Source: Octopus vulgaris
Lineage: Eukaryota
DNA: 64,000 nucleotides
Reading direction: 5' to 3'
Assembly (NCBI GenBank): GCA_951406725.2
Contig: OX597828.1
Coordinates: 38,254,001-38,318,000, forward strand
In this document: positions 1 to 12,769 of the stretch, one piece after another
Position numbering within the stretch: the stretch's first letter is position 1
Layout: every line of letters begins with the position of its first letter
Position numbers and translations under genes: made by a program
Notes under the pieces: model-generated
Told to the model about the DNA's origin: nothing
Seen by the model: only the letters and a program-made list of their open reading frames with translations
Databases searched by the model: none

Positions 1-24
1 ACACACACACACATATATATATAT

Positions 25-285
25 ATAAACACAAGAGAAAACTACCTTTAACAGGTCATTTTTTTACACGCTAGAAGAAGCAATCAAAACGACCCAAACC
101 ACATTTAAGAGCAATTTTCGAGGGAAGTGAAAAATAAAAACTTTTACCATGTTAAAAAAATAACGAGGTAAAAGTTTTTTTCATTCCCTTCGAAAATTAC
201 TCTAAAATGTGGTTTGGATCGTTTTGACTGCTTCTTCTAGCGTGTAAAAAAATTACCTGTTAAAAGTAGTTTTCTCTTGTGTTTA
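25..285. repeat. Imperfect palindrome (fold-back), ~128-bp arms, next to (TA)n
   Basis: taaacacaagagaaaactac... at 25 is the reverse complement of ...gtagttttctcttgtgttta ending at 285. The centre is an A-run near 154-160. Confidence 0.9.
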
Positions 286-375
286 ATTGTACACTATTTT
301 CTATTGAGAATATGTTGTCTATTGACCATTTATACATGCTAGGCCACTGGTGGTGAAATTTCTAAGAATATTCCT

Positions 376-483
<108 letters not shown>

Positions 484-588
484 GAGAAAGAAGCAACAAG
501 AATGGATTAGTTTTTAGTACAATTGTTTCATACAAAGACAGGCTTTATTACAAGTCGCAAAAATTGCATATATATATATATATGCATA

Positions 589-623
<35 letters not shown>

Positions 624-760
624 CGTGACATATTTTTGCCATTTCAATATGGCTAACCCCTAAGGGTGGATGCTACTGTAGTTTTTAGCCCCAGGAGGAC
701 ACACTCCTCCAGCTGGCCATAGACACACTATCTGTGTCCTGTCAGTATTTGCAGTATTGT

Positions 761-823
<63 letters not shown>

Positions 824-1218
824 TGTATGTATGTATGTATGTATGTATGTGTGTATACATTCAAGTACAGTAGAACCTCGCAGCAAGAGTGCACCATTGT
901 ACGAGTAATTTACGGTAATTTACTCGTGTGAATTTTTACTTCGTGAAGTACGCGCAGAAATCCGCAGTACGAGCTCACCAATCATCCCATCTTTAAAGTA
1001 ATTTAGTTACTAAAATCAGTTTAGATATTTAGATCCCTGAGATAAGTGTGGGTTTTTGGGGTGGGGAGCACAGATTTAAGCATTCAAACCTGGAGTTATT
1101 GCTCCTTACTGTGAACACTTGGATAGGTTTGTTTGCGTACTTGTTTGTAATTTAATAAAGGTAAACTGGCGCATAATGGGAAAATACTCTGAAAGTAAAG
1201 TGTCCCTGAAATGGAAAT

Positions 1219-1581
1219 ACAAACGGAATAAGATAAGTTTCACATAAATCGGTACCTGAGATACGCGGCTCTTTCGTGTACCTTTATAAATAGCCAAACC
1301 AGTACATAATGGGAAAATACTCTGAAAGTAAGGCATCATTGAAATGCGAATACAAACAGAATAAAACAAATTTCGCGTAAATCGGGCCACGGGTTCCTGA
1401 GGTACGCGGTTTTTTCGGATACCTTGATCTATTGGAGATCCGACGGGTCAAAGGTAGACTAGAATACTTTAACAGAGTTAAAAAAAGATTCGATTCAAAT
1501 TGGAATTGTATTTGATTACATCTGTCCGAGCTGCGATGCACTTAGAATAATCGAAAACCGGATTAACTCTGAAAGCCAGTC

Positions 1582-1637
<56 letters not shown>

Positions 1638-1638
1638 C

Positions 1639-1673
<35 letters not shown>

Positions 1674-1798
1674 GAGGCGAACAGATAAGTGCATATACAT
1701 ACCTGTGTGTGTGTGCGTGTGTGTGTGTATCTGTATATGTATATATCTAAAGAGAGGTATGTGTGTACGTGTGTGTGTGTGTGTTAGATATGTAGATA

Positions 1799-1860
<62 letters not shown>

Positions 1861-2655
1861 GGCGCAGGAGTGGCTGTGTGGTAAGTAGCTTGCTTACCAA
1901 CCACGTGGCATCTTGGGCAAGTGTTTCTACTATAGCCTCGGGACAACCAAAGCCTTGTGAGTGGATTTGGTAGACGGAAACTGAAAGAAGCCCGTCGTAT
2001 ATATGTGTGCGTATGTTTGTGTGCCTGTGTTTGTCCCCCTAGTATTGCTTGACAACCGATGCTGGTGTGTTTACGTCGCCGTCACTTAGCGGATTCGCAA
2101 AAGAGACCAATAGAATAAGTACTGGGCTTACAAAGAATAAGTCCCGGGGTCGATTTGCTCGACTAAAGGCGGTGCTCCAGCATGGCCGCAGTCAAATGAC
2201 TGAAACAAGTAAAAGAGTAAAAGAGTATATATATATGGGATATGTATATTCGAATTTAATATTGATTTACACCACTGTGCTTGAAAGAAATTCGTTTGTT
2301 TTCCGGTTCGATCCCACAAACGGAATAAGATAAGTTTCGCATAAATCGGTACCTGAGATACGCGGCTCTTTCGTGTACCTTTATAAATAGCCAAACCAGC
2401 ACATAATGGGAAAATACACTGAAAGTAAGGCATCATTGAAATGCGAATACAAACAGAAGAAAACAAGTTTTGCGTAAATCGGGCCACGGGTTCCTGAGGT
2501 ACGCGGTTTTTTCGGATACCTTGATCTATTGGAGATCCGACGGGTCAAAGGTAGACTAAAATACTTTTACAGAGTTAAAAAAGATTCGATTCAAATTGGA
2601 ATTGTATTTGATTACATCTGTCCGAGCTGCGATGCACTTAGAATAATCGAAAACC
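1219..2655. repeat. ~340-bp direct repeat (1219-1559 and 2316-2655) with an internal ~134-bp subrepeat
   Basis: Both copies run acaaacggaataagataag...gaataatcgaaaacc with few mismatches. cataatgggaaaatactctgaaagtaa recurs at 1171 and 1305. Confidence 0.9.
1859..2225 (+). mobile_element. SINE family A (tRNA-like head, internal TA/TG microsatellite, (gtaaaaga)n tail)
   Basis: taggcgcaggagtggctgtgtggtaag...gaaacaagtaaaagagtaaaagag. Further copies or fragments at ~6345-6750, 8680-9020, 10196-10596, 11168-11395(-), 17970-18380, 39475-39745(-), 41933-42400, 42718-43132, 47535-47991(-), 49180-49825, 63063-63205(-). Confidence 0.9.
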
Positions 2656-3122
2656 TCCAATAAGTGATTTTCACGTTTATGCTTAAATCCTAGCGAAAAA
2701 AGAATAACGTAATTCATTTTGATGTTTCTGTTCATCGATGGTAAGCGTACTCGGTTTAGCACCATGGTTTTGCCATAGAGTGCCGTTAGCGATGCCTGCT
2801 GCAAGAATCGAATCCAAGTCACGAATCTGAGTGCAATATCGTCTCTCCGTCCGTCCGTCCGTCCCTCCTGACAGCATTGAAAACCCTGAAAAGTTCATTG
2901 GCACTGTTCTTCCATCCATGAACAAGCCATAGAATTTTAATTTCTTTCTTTTAATCAAAGAATTTGAGCATAAATTACTTTTAGCCCAGTAGAGATAATA
3001 GACGAGGAAACAGCTATAATACCCTGCCAGTGATAAAAGACAAAACGCAAAGATATATATACAAAGATTTTGTATTTGTGTCACTACCCTGCTAGTGATA
3101 AAAGAAAAAACGCAAAGAATAC

Positions 3123-3192
<70 letters not shown>

Positions 3193-3472
3193 GCACAAAG
3201 ATATTTGTGTTTGTGTCGTGTGCGTGTTGTATGTATATGTATATATTAATCATACTCGGTTATAAGATATATATGAACTGCAAAAGTACACTAGAATTAA
3301 TCTTGGTATTTCTCGTTAAAAGGGTTCGACAAATATTTATAAAAAAATATGAGAACTGTTTCCGGCAATTCTTTCACTCTATTCACGTCATAAAAAAAAT
3401 ATGTCATCTTATTTCGTAGCTATCAGGCTGTGTGTGAGTTTATGGACGTATGTATATGCCTGTGTGTATATA

Positions 3473-3523
<51 letters not shown>

Positions 3524-3939
3524 CGCTTTTAATAGTGATTGGGAACAACTCTGTTTTCAATCATGTCATTTTGTAACGTGAATCGAAATTAATCTTTTCA
3601 TCAAAATATCACTTTTACTTTTTAATTCAGACCTTCCCTTAGCTTAGAATTTCGTGTATCAACTTATCTTACAGAAATTCAGGTTATTTGTTTTTCCTTT
3701 ACTCAACCAGGTATTATTGGAAACGCCTAGAAATGTAATAATTCTTAGAACACTAATAAGGAAATATCAGACATGTACTGCTTCCACATTCTCTAACGGC
3801 GCTCCATTTATTGAAAGGTCACTTGACAAACTGGTAGGAAATCACTTACCAGGACACCCCAGATCCACTACATACACCTCTGTTGTTCGAAGATTACTGA
3901 TAAATCTCCCTCAGAATTACATTATGGGTACATGGAGTC

Positions 3940-4173
3940 AAAGCGGCAAGCTGGCAGAATCGTTAGCACGCCGGGCGAAATGTGTAGCCGTATTTCGTCT
4001 GCCGTTACGTTCTGAGTTCAAATTCCGCCGAGGTCGATTTGCCTTTCATCCTTTCGGGGTCGATAAATTAAGTACCAGTTACGCACCGGGGTCGATGTAA
4101 TCGACTTAATCCGTTTGTCTGTCCTTGTTTGTCCCATCTGTGTTTAGCCCCTTGTGGGTAGTAAAGAAATAGG
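3940..4173 (+). mobile_element. SINE family B monomer (Deu/Nin-like central domain)
   Basis: aagcggcaagctggcagaatcgttag head, B-box-like gagttcaaattcc, core gcctttcatcctttcggggtcgataaattaagtaccag. Further copies at ~13795-13990(-), 25500-25785(-), 26045-26185, 28555-28835, 36025-36235, 40285-40678(-), 50905-51348(-), 61233-62025, 63785-64000(-). Confidence 0.88.
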
Positions 4174-4174
4174 T

Positions 4175-4425
4175 ACACGTCTGTGGAGAATACTCCACAT
4201 ATACGCGTACCCTTTAATGTAATTCTCAGGGAGATTCAGCGTGTCACACGGTGTGACAAGGCTGGCCCCTTGAATTACAGGTACAACTCATTGTTGCCAG
4301 CTGAGTGGTCTGGAGCAACGTGAAATAAAGTGTCTTGATCAAGGACACAACGCGCCAACGGGAATCGAACTCATGACTTTACGATCGTTAGCCGAATCCC
4401 CTAACCACTAAACCATGTGACTTCA
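4175..4425 (-). mobile_element. tRNA-headed SINE with Meta/V-like core and tail 'Y'
   Basis: Minus strand reads A-box tggtttagtggtt, B-box gagttcgattccc, then gtccttgatcaagacactttatttcacgttgctccag and the ggccagccttgtcac tail shared with 35560 and 56275. Confidence 0.75.
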
Positions 4426-4528
4426 CCAAGTTTGAGTCTGCAGTTGCAAGGAAAACATGTGCTGGGAACAACATGCAGAGCGCCAGGTTATGGAGAGGAA
4501 GGACTGAGAATGGTGGTCAGTACGGGAC

Positions 4529-5810
4529 GCGAAATTTTTTCCCACTAGAGTTCCGGACCCCAGTTATGAACTCATTTCCATACAACCAATCAGAGCTCAA
4601 CTATCAAACAAATTATGATCGCATAAGTGATGGAGGATAAGATAAGGTCACTTGGATATCGAATGACCATGCGTCTTTTCTCTTTTAATAATGTTTGTTG
4701 TTAGGCAGCGAGCTGGCAGAATCGTTAGCACGTCGGGCGAAATGCTTAGCGGTATTTCGTCTGTCGTTACGTTCTGAGTTCAAATTCCGCCGAGGTCGAC
4801 TTTGCCTTTCATCCATTCGGGGTCGATTAAATAAGTACCAGTTACGCACTGGGTCGATGTAATCGACTTAATACCTATGTCTGTCCTTGTTTGTCCGCTC
4901 TGTGTTTAGCCCCTTGTGGGTAATAAAGAAATAGGTATTTCGTCCGCCACTACGTTCTGAGTTCAAATTCCACCGAGGTCGACTTTGCCTTTCATCCTTT
5001 CGGGGTCGATAAATTAAGTACCAGTTACGCACTGGAGTCGATGTAATCGACTTAATCCGTTTGTCTGTCCTTGTTTATCTCCTCTGTGTTTAGCCCCTTG
5101 TGGGTAGTAAAGAAATAGTTATTTCGTCAACTGCTACGTTCTGAGTTCAAATTTCGCCGAGGTCGACTTTGCCTTTCATCCTTTCGGAGTCGATTAAATA
5201 AGTACCAGTTACGCACTGGGGTCGATGTAATCGATTTATTTCCTTTGTCTATCCTTGTTTGTCCCCTCTCTATTTAGCCCCTTGTGGGCAATAAAGAAAT
5301 AAATAATGCATGTTCTTGTTCTTGTTTCAACCATGGCTGCCTCTTCGTAGTTATTTGTGTTGTTGTTTACTTTGTAAAACAGTAAGGGGAGAGGGTTGCT
5401 AGCACATCACCTTCTACCCACATTTTTCCCATCCACATCTTTACCATAAGGGGCCCTAACAAAATCCAATAATAGGTATAGATGTAAATCTATCTAATAA
5501 CTTGTCTCCTTCTAAAATCAGGCATAACTTGGCGATCGGTCGACTTACAACACCGTTCTTCATCTTGAGTTTACTTGGTTGAGTGTGTTTTACCAAAAGA
5601 TTGGTTTTCTTTTAAACACTTTCACGAATAAAATGCTGGTCTTTGCGTCTAGGCATAATCTGAGAGATGAACGGATCTGATCCTTCGTTATCCGCATGGC
5701 TACCTCTGCTTAGTTGTTTGCGTACAACAAGTTCAAGGTGAGCTGTGATTGGCTGCATGCAAACGAGTTCAATACAGGGGTCCGGAACTCTCGTGGGAAA
5801 AAAATTTCGC
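4529..5810. mobile_element. Non-autonomous Mutator(MuDR)-like DNA transposon
   Basis: ~72-bp terminal inverted repeats gcgaaatttttttcccac... / ...gtgggaaaaaaatttcgc with a perfect 9-bp flanking duplication gtacgggac (4520-4528, 5811-5819). A 9-bp TSD with long TIRs starting with G is typical of MULEs. Confidence 0.8.
4703..5301 (+). mobile_element. SINE family B trimer
   Basis: One head followed by three ~183-bp units starting near 4752, 4935 and 5119. Degenerate TSD aataatgtttgttgtt / aataatgcatgttctt. Confidence 0.88.
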
Positions 5811-7039
5811 GTACGGGACCTAGAGAGTGAACACAGGTGGGGGTGGGGGAATTACATATCATCAGTAATCTTCTAACAACAGAAGTGTAGGTAGTTGATT
5901 TGGGGTTTTCTGGTAAGGGATTTTTCTACCAGTCTGTCATGTGACCTTTCCATAAATAGAGCGACGTTACAAAATGTGGTAGCAGTACATAATTATGGTA
6001 TCACCTGACCTTTGTTCAGACATCTTTGTTGTTGATGTTGCTGTTGCTGTTGTTGTTGTCGTCGTTGTTAGGGTGTGAAATTGATTCTAGCCCTCCATAA
6101 GAAACCAGTCTTTACGATACAGTTTCTTTCTGTAATGTTGTGGATGTGCGCTTGGCAGAAGAAAAGGTGAAATCTAGGATGTATAGTCTGAGGGTTCGAG
6201 GTGCACGCTCTTCCCGTTTAAGAGCAATGTTAGTACAGCAAAATCTGGGGCTTTCTTTTTCAACAACAAACACCATGTAGAATTTATGGTGATTTACGCC
6301 GGTAAACACGAACACATATCCCACACATAGATACATACACATGCGGATAAGAATGGTACGAAGCTTGCTTATCAACCACATAGTTCCAGTGCCACTGCGT
6401 AGCACCTTGGGCCACTATCTTCTACTATAGCCTCGGGTCGACCAAAGCCTTGTGCGTGGGTTTCGTAGACGGAAATTGAAAGAAGCCCGTCCTACATATA
6501 TATATATATTCTTTTATTCTTTTACTTGTAACAGTCATTTGATTGTGGCCATGCTGGAACACCGCCTTTAGTCAAACAGATCGCCCGCAGGACTTGTTCT
6601 TTGTAAGCCAAGTACTTATTCTGTCGGTCACTTTTGCTGAACCACTAAGTTACGGGGACATAAGCACACCAACATCGGTCGTCAAGCGACGGTGGGGGGA
6701 CAAACACAGACACACAAACATATACACACGCACAAACATACATGTGTGTATGTCTGTGCATGCGTGTGTGTGTGTGTGTGTGTACGAGTATATAAATATG
6801 TATAAATTTTATTTTAGAATTTATGGGAGCAGCTGTCTTTGAAGTTTCATATTGTCGTTGAATGCTCAAAATGAGGTGTAGATACACAACTGATGAAGGA
6901 TCCTTTCCCTGTGTTTACTTTCCCTGTTTTCCATTTTTCATTTCTTGCCGTTTACGTATTTCATGTTATTTGCACCGTTGGTGACGTCCTGCACCTATAT
7001 ATGCATGTATATATATATATATAAGAGAGAGAGAGAGAG

Positions 7040-7210
7040 AAAGTCGCCAGAATTTTGGAAAAATCTATTTATATTTCTTCATTATTATTAGCGTTTTCGT
7101 TCGTTTGTCGAACATGTCAAATGGATCCATTTGACAGGTTCGAGAAACGAAAGAAAGCGCTAATAATAAAGAAATAAAAAAGGTTTTTTTCCAAAATTCG
7201 GGCGACCTTT
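7040..7210. repeat. Imperfect palindrome centred on GGATCC, no spacer
   Basis: tgtcaaatggatccatttgaca at the centre (7125/7126). Arms extend to aagtcgccagaattttggaaaaa / ttttccaaaattcgggcgacc. Confidence 0.9.
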
Positions 7211-9223
7211 TTTCTCAATATTAAATATCTGTTCACCACACCTAACAGAGAGAGAGAGAGAGAGAGAGAGGGGGAAATATTCTTTCTATCGTGTCCTGTT
7301 GAAACCTTAGCTATTGCGGAAGACATTTATGTAATGTCTCATTCAGTGATACATTGTTCACTAGAATCTATGCAACACAGAACCTCGCAACGATTCAGCC
7401 AAGCCTACGAAAATTCTTTTTAAAGCAACGCCTTAAGGCAACGCCTTGATATAGCTTTTGGCCGTTATTGTACCATAGCTAAATACGCCGCCCCAATTCC
7501 GGAAACTTAAGACACCTTCGACTACAGCAAATGCAAACAAGCGTGTATTGTCGCGTACCTCACCCGTTGCGGAACGTAAACTCAGCACACCCTACCCAGG
7601 TCACATTTTTAAGGTTTGTGTTGCATATGTAAACGGAACTTACTTTATAGTGTTTCTTTTTAACTTGGTATGCAGAGAATTAAGGGAAATTTGAGTCATA
7701 TTCTTAACCGGTCTCGAGTGGTATTTTTCGTAGATCCGGTTAACTCATCACATCGGTTCTCCTGTTGGTGTCGCTGCAGCATTTTATCGTCAGTGAACCC
7801 CAAAAAAGCAGACATTCGATCATAGGTTTTCCGGTGGTGACTAATCCATCGTTTGCAGATAATATATCCTCGGACTACCTTCTATTCTTTCCTGTTAAGG
7901 CGATAGAATATACGATTTGAAAAAGATTTGGCTGCTACTTCTAGCATGTCAAGGGATCACGAAAAGCCTTCACTCGTTTCAGTCGTCTTTGTCATCGTCA
8001 TCATCGTCGTCGTCGTCGTCGTTATTTTCCTTATTGTAGTTGTTGCTGTTTATTTCCGATCTGAGTTCAGGCGAAAACAGTTCCAGCGATAACCATTTCG
8101 TTTTTCTTCCTCTTTTTTTTTTAATTTTTTGTTTCCCTCTTTTACAAATATTGATATATTAAGAAAAACCACTTTATCAAAGTATCCTTAAATTTCTTAA
8201 GACAACCGGGTGTGATTTAAAGAGTATCGAGCTTCTATTTCTTGCAAATGGCGTGACCATATGAGAGCTCCCCAGGTTGATTCGTACAATATTACTTCCT
8301 GTTCTAGGTACAAGTACCCAGTTTTGTAGAGAAGAAACATAGCCGATGACTAAATCAATTTTGCTTTTCGTATTAACGAAATTTTGCTGGTAGAAGTTTG
8401 TCAGAGCCTCTGACACAAAGGAGATAAAAGACTGTAGCGCCATCTCAGTTCTCAGAGCTTTGTAGATTTGTGGGAAGAAAGGAAGTTATCCTCATAGCAG
8501 AGACCTTTCCGAATCCTTGGATCAACGTGGATATTTCTAAAGGAAGCTAACTACCAAATGGTAGTTTTAAATAAGGCGACCTATTAATTTCTCTTTCTCT
8601 CTTCATATTTTGGGGGTAAAATATAGTAAGTTTACCTGTCCCAGTCAAAAGCAAGTCTGTAATTACTAAAAATACCTATAGGCGGAGGCGCGGCTGTGTG
8701 GTAAAAAGATTGCTTCCCAGCCACATGGTTCCAGGTTCAGTGCCCTGCGTGGCACCTTGAATAAGTGTCTCCTATCGTAGCCTCGACCAAAGCTTTATGA
8801 GTGGATTTGAGAAACTGAAAGAAGCCGTCATATATATGTGTGGGAGGTGCGTGCGTGTATATGTGTGTATGTGTGTGCTTGTCCTTCACACACAGCATGC
8901 TAACCGGTGCTGGTTTGTTTATTGCCCCGCAACTTAAAGGATTAAGTTACTTAAAATTAAGTTCAGGATTCGATACGGTCGCAGTCCAATGAATGAAGCA
9001 AGCAAAAAGAAAAAGAAGGCTACTAATCTTTTGTTGGACAGAAGATGCGCATCCTTCCCTGATAAGGTGTAAGGAAACTAAAAACTAGCCAAAACAATAT
9101 TACTTGTTTCTGTCAACGGAGTGATTAAAAATGTGGTGTAATATTTTCCTTTATTTTTCAAAACAAAGCTCAAATTGTATATTTATTGAAACAAATATAC
9201 TTTACAATTTATAGCATCTTAAC

Positions 9224-9531
9224 TTATTTATTTATGCGCCCCTTTCAAGCCTAGCTAGGCTCATGGGCCCGGTTTCCCGGTTTCTATGTGTTCTCCCCAG
9301 CTGGACGGGACGCCAGTCCATCGCAGCGTTACTCAAGAAACAGGAAGAAAGAGTGAGAGGTAGTTAGAGCGAAAGAGTACAAGAGGGGTCGCCACCACCT
9401 CCTGCCGGAACCTCGTGGAGCTTTAGGTGTTTTCGCTCAATAAACACACACAACGCCCGGTCAGGGAATCGAAACCGCGATCCTCCGATTGCGAGTCCGC
9501 TGCCCTAACCACTGGGCCATTGCGCCTCCAC
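9224..9531 (-). mobile_element. SINE family C (tRNA head) with tail 'X' and (TAAA)n end
   Basis: Minus strand tggaggcgcaatggcccagtggttagggcagcggactcgc head. Flanking duplication atagcatct(t/c)aa at 9211 and 9532. Confidence 0.88.
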
Positions 9532-9889
9532 ATAGCATCTCAAGTGACTATGATAATGCGTTAAGAAAGAATTAATGTCGTATTAGATTAGTTATTATTC
9601 TGTTTAAATTTCTTTGTCGTCGGAAGCACTTTGAATGGTGAGTTACTATCCATAAATAAAAAGTAAAACTCAAACATCCAGCTGGTAATTGGGCTACGAT
9701 ACATAATTAATTTACTAATTAATAAATTAATTAATTAGCCTCATTTAATTAGACAATCAAACTACGTAAAATATAGCTACATTTTAATAAGAATGAAAAC
9801 CACCTTTTTCTACTATAACAAACATATATTTCCTCCTCACGCCATCATTTGTGTGTGTGCATGTGAGAGGGAGAGAGAGAGAGAGAGAG

Positions 9890-9924
<35 letters not shown>

Positions 9925-10592
9925 CGGTTATGTTAAGATGTGCCGATGATAGAAAGAGAACTTAATACGTAGATAACATCGAATCAACTGTTGGCTCGAA
10001 TTCCACATGAGTGACTCGATGAGCAACAGTTTAGCTCAAAGACGACTTGCCAAACCAGTTAGAGAAAACCAGCAAGACAAGAGAACACAAGAAACTCTAG
10101 GCGCTTGAGTAACTCCCGTAAGTACGTTCAACTTATATTTACACACACACAAGAAAATTAATGCACATATATACATACATACATACATACATACATAGGC
10201 GCAGGAGTGGCTGTGTGGTAAGAAGCTTGCTAACCAACCACATGGTTCCGGGTTCAGTCCCACTGCGTGGCATCTTGGGCAAGTGTCTTCTGCTATAGCC
10301 CCGGGCCGACCAATGCCTTGTGAGTGGATTTGGTAGACAGAAACTGAAAGAAGCCTGTCGTATATATGTATAGATATATATATATATGTGTGTGTGTATG
10401 TGTGTTTGTGTGTGTGTGTTTGTCCCCCTAGCATTGCTTGACAACCGATGCTGGTGTGTTTACGTCCCCGTAACTTAGCGGTTCGGCAAATAAGTACTGG
10501 GCTTACAAGGAATAAGTCCCGAGGTCGATTTGCTCGACTAAAGGCGGTGCTCCAGCATGGCCGCAGTCAAATGACTGAAACAAGTAAAAGAG

Positions 10593-10629
<37 letters not shown>

Positions 10630-10725
10630 AGAGGCTTCCAAATAGGAAAGCGTTGTGCTAGAACACAAAAGAGGATAAATTCACGAAAGGAATGAAAATT
10701 AAAAACATTTACCATCTCAACTATA

Positions 10726-10795
10726 TCCCAGACCGACGGTTTCTAACTATTTTCAGCAAAAATATATTTGCCGAAGGCAAGTTTCTTCAGTGGGA
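10726..10795 (-). ncRNA. Type I hammerhead ribozyme (H1)
   Basis: Minus strand: uccca CUGAAGA aacu[ugcc uucggcaaa uauauu uuugcugaa aau]aguu a GAAA ccg u cgg UC uggga. Stem I has 5 bp and the triplet is GUC. The stem II extension contains a G-U pair that works only on this strand. Confidence 0.85.
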
Positions 10796-10918
10796 CAGCC
10801 TTAATAATCCCGACGTACAGACTGCTAGATCCACATGTAGATCTAACGGTTTGTAAATCCTAACTTTTCAAACCTCTGCGCAGACGCAAATTATACCCGG
10901 CGACAGAGACGAAAATTC

Positions 10919-10965
<47 letters not shown>

Positions 10966-11014
10966 AAATATAGAATTTCTAAATCTCTCGTAGAGACATG
11001 TACGGTGGTGGGGC

Positions 11015-11129
11015 GATAGAATGGTTGTATACTGTCAATCTAACAAGAACGTGACAGTAGGGCTATACAGCGGTGGTGTACCCCCTACCGTCACGTTCTT
11101 GTTAGATTGACAGTATACAAGTATACAAC

Positions 11130-11137
<8 letters not shown>
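11015..11137. repeat. Palindrome, ~48-bp arms, with an 8-bp slippage duplication, ending in (TA)n
   Basis: atagaatggttgtatactgtcaatctaacaagaacgtgacagtaggg versus ccctaccgtcacgttcttgttagattgacagtatacaa[gtatacaa]ccattctat. Confidence 0.9.
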
Positions 11138-11169
<32 letters not shown>

Positions 11170-11419
11170 TCTTTACTCTTTTACTCTTTTACTTGTCATT
11201 TGACTGCGGCTATGCTGGAGCACCGCCTTTAGTCGAGCAAATCGACCACGGGACTTATTCTTTGTTAGCCTAGTACTTATTCTATTGGTCTCTCTTGCGA
11301 ATCCGCTAAGTGACGGGGACGTAAACACACACCAGCATCGGTTGTCAAGCAATGCTAGGGGACAAACACACACACACAAACACACACACACATACATATA
11401 TATATATACATATAATATA

Positions 11420-11600
11420 AAACTTAGATGAAACTCAGATATGTTTCGACCAAAGATTGGTCCAGACCATGTCTAACTTAATAGCACCACCTGATAGGAT
11501 TATGTAAATCCTGTTTAAGTCAAGTTTTGTTTATGGTCCATTCAAGTAGTGAGTTTTTGTTGAGTGAGTTGTATCCAATTATGGGTGGCTTATCTGGTAT
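11420..11600. repeat. Dispersed ~180-bp repeat, second copy at ~56743-56922
   Basis: Shared aaacttagat...gatatgtttcgaccaaagattggtccag...ccaattatgggtggc(t/c)tatctggta. Both copies start beside TA-rich tracts. Confidence 0.85.
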
Positions 11601-12484
11601 TCCTTGAAGGAATCTATCCAGACTCCGTTTAAAGTTGATAGGATCATTTTCCTCTTTGATCTCTTAGCTAGAAATACATGTATATAAACACACAGTTATA
11701 TATATATATATATATATATACGTATGTATGTATGTATGTATCTACGTATGTATGTATGTATCTACGTATGTATGTATGAATGTATATGTATGTATATATT
11801 TATATATACATGAATATAAATTTATACGAGTATATACGCATATATGCATATATATACATATATGCATATATAAATATATATGTTTGTGTGTGTGTATGTA
11901 TATATATATATACATATATACCGGTATATATATTGTATATATTTACAGGTGTTGCCAAAATTATGTATACAGGTGTATAATATGGCTGGAAGGATCTATT
12001 TTAGGACCGACCAAAGATTTGTGAGTGAGTTTGGTTGACGGAAAATGAAAAAACTCATCATATATGTATATATATGTATGTATATCCGTATGTGTGTGCT
12101 TGTAGGTACATACTTGTATGTGTACATATGTGACATACGAGGATATATTTTAGGTAACTGTATTTGACGTAGTTTCATTGTCGGTATATATATGTATGTG
12201 TAAAGTTGACGACTCCCAATGGATTTAATTCTAAACGATTGAAGACTACATGCTACATAAGGTCTTCTAAATGTATGTAACTACGTCACCACTCCTTTCA
12301 TGTTGATCCCCACCATTTCCTCTGCTAATCTCTAAATTATAGTGGGCTTAACAAGGTATGCATTATTTTCTAAACTCATTCTGCCACATATTTAACAAAA
12401 TGAAACAATGTAAATAGTTTGGTTTCCATTATTGATGTAAACGTGTTAAAAATGGTTTGTCCTTTGCGGTTGAAGTCTGTGCGG

Positions 12485-12569
12485 TCATCTGACGAGAGCC
12501 GTTTCTTTCAAATAGTTATAACGTTTTCATTAATCAATTAAATAGAACCGCTCGAAACGGTCGTAATGA
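12485..12569 (+). ncRNA. Type I hammerhead ribozyme (H2)
   Basis: ucau CUGACGA gagc...(50 nt)...gcuc GAAA cg gu cg UA auga. The core is fully canonical, with 4-bp stems I and II and a GUA triplet. Confidence 0.88.
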
Positions 12570-12769
12570 ATTGACACCTGTACGTGTTTGTTACTTGTTT
12601 ATATATATATAGTGGACTCTCCCGTCGTTAGACGACGTGTGAGGGTTCGATAATTTTGGCTGTACGGACGTATTATCTTGCGCTCGTAAGTTGTTATTTT
12701 TGATTCACAAACGAGTATAACTTTATTTTGAACATTTGATGTCAATTAATGGGACGAATTTTAAGTTCA

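Noticed and set aside
1219-2655. LTR retrotransposon or TRIM
   Set aside because: No TG...CA termini, PBS, PPT or TSD seen.
11420-11490. Hairpin plus GAAACATAT on the minus strand as a hammerhead
   Set aside because: The CUGANGA half is absent in both copies (here and ~56760).
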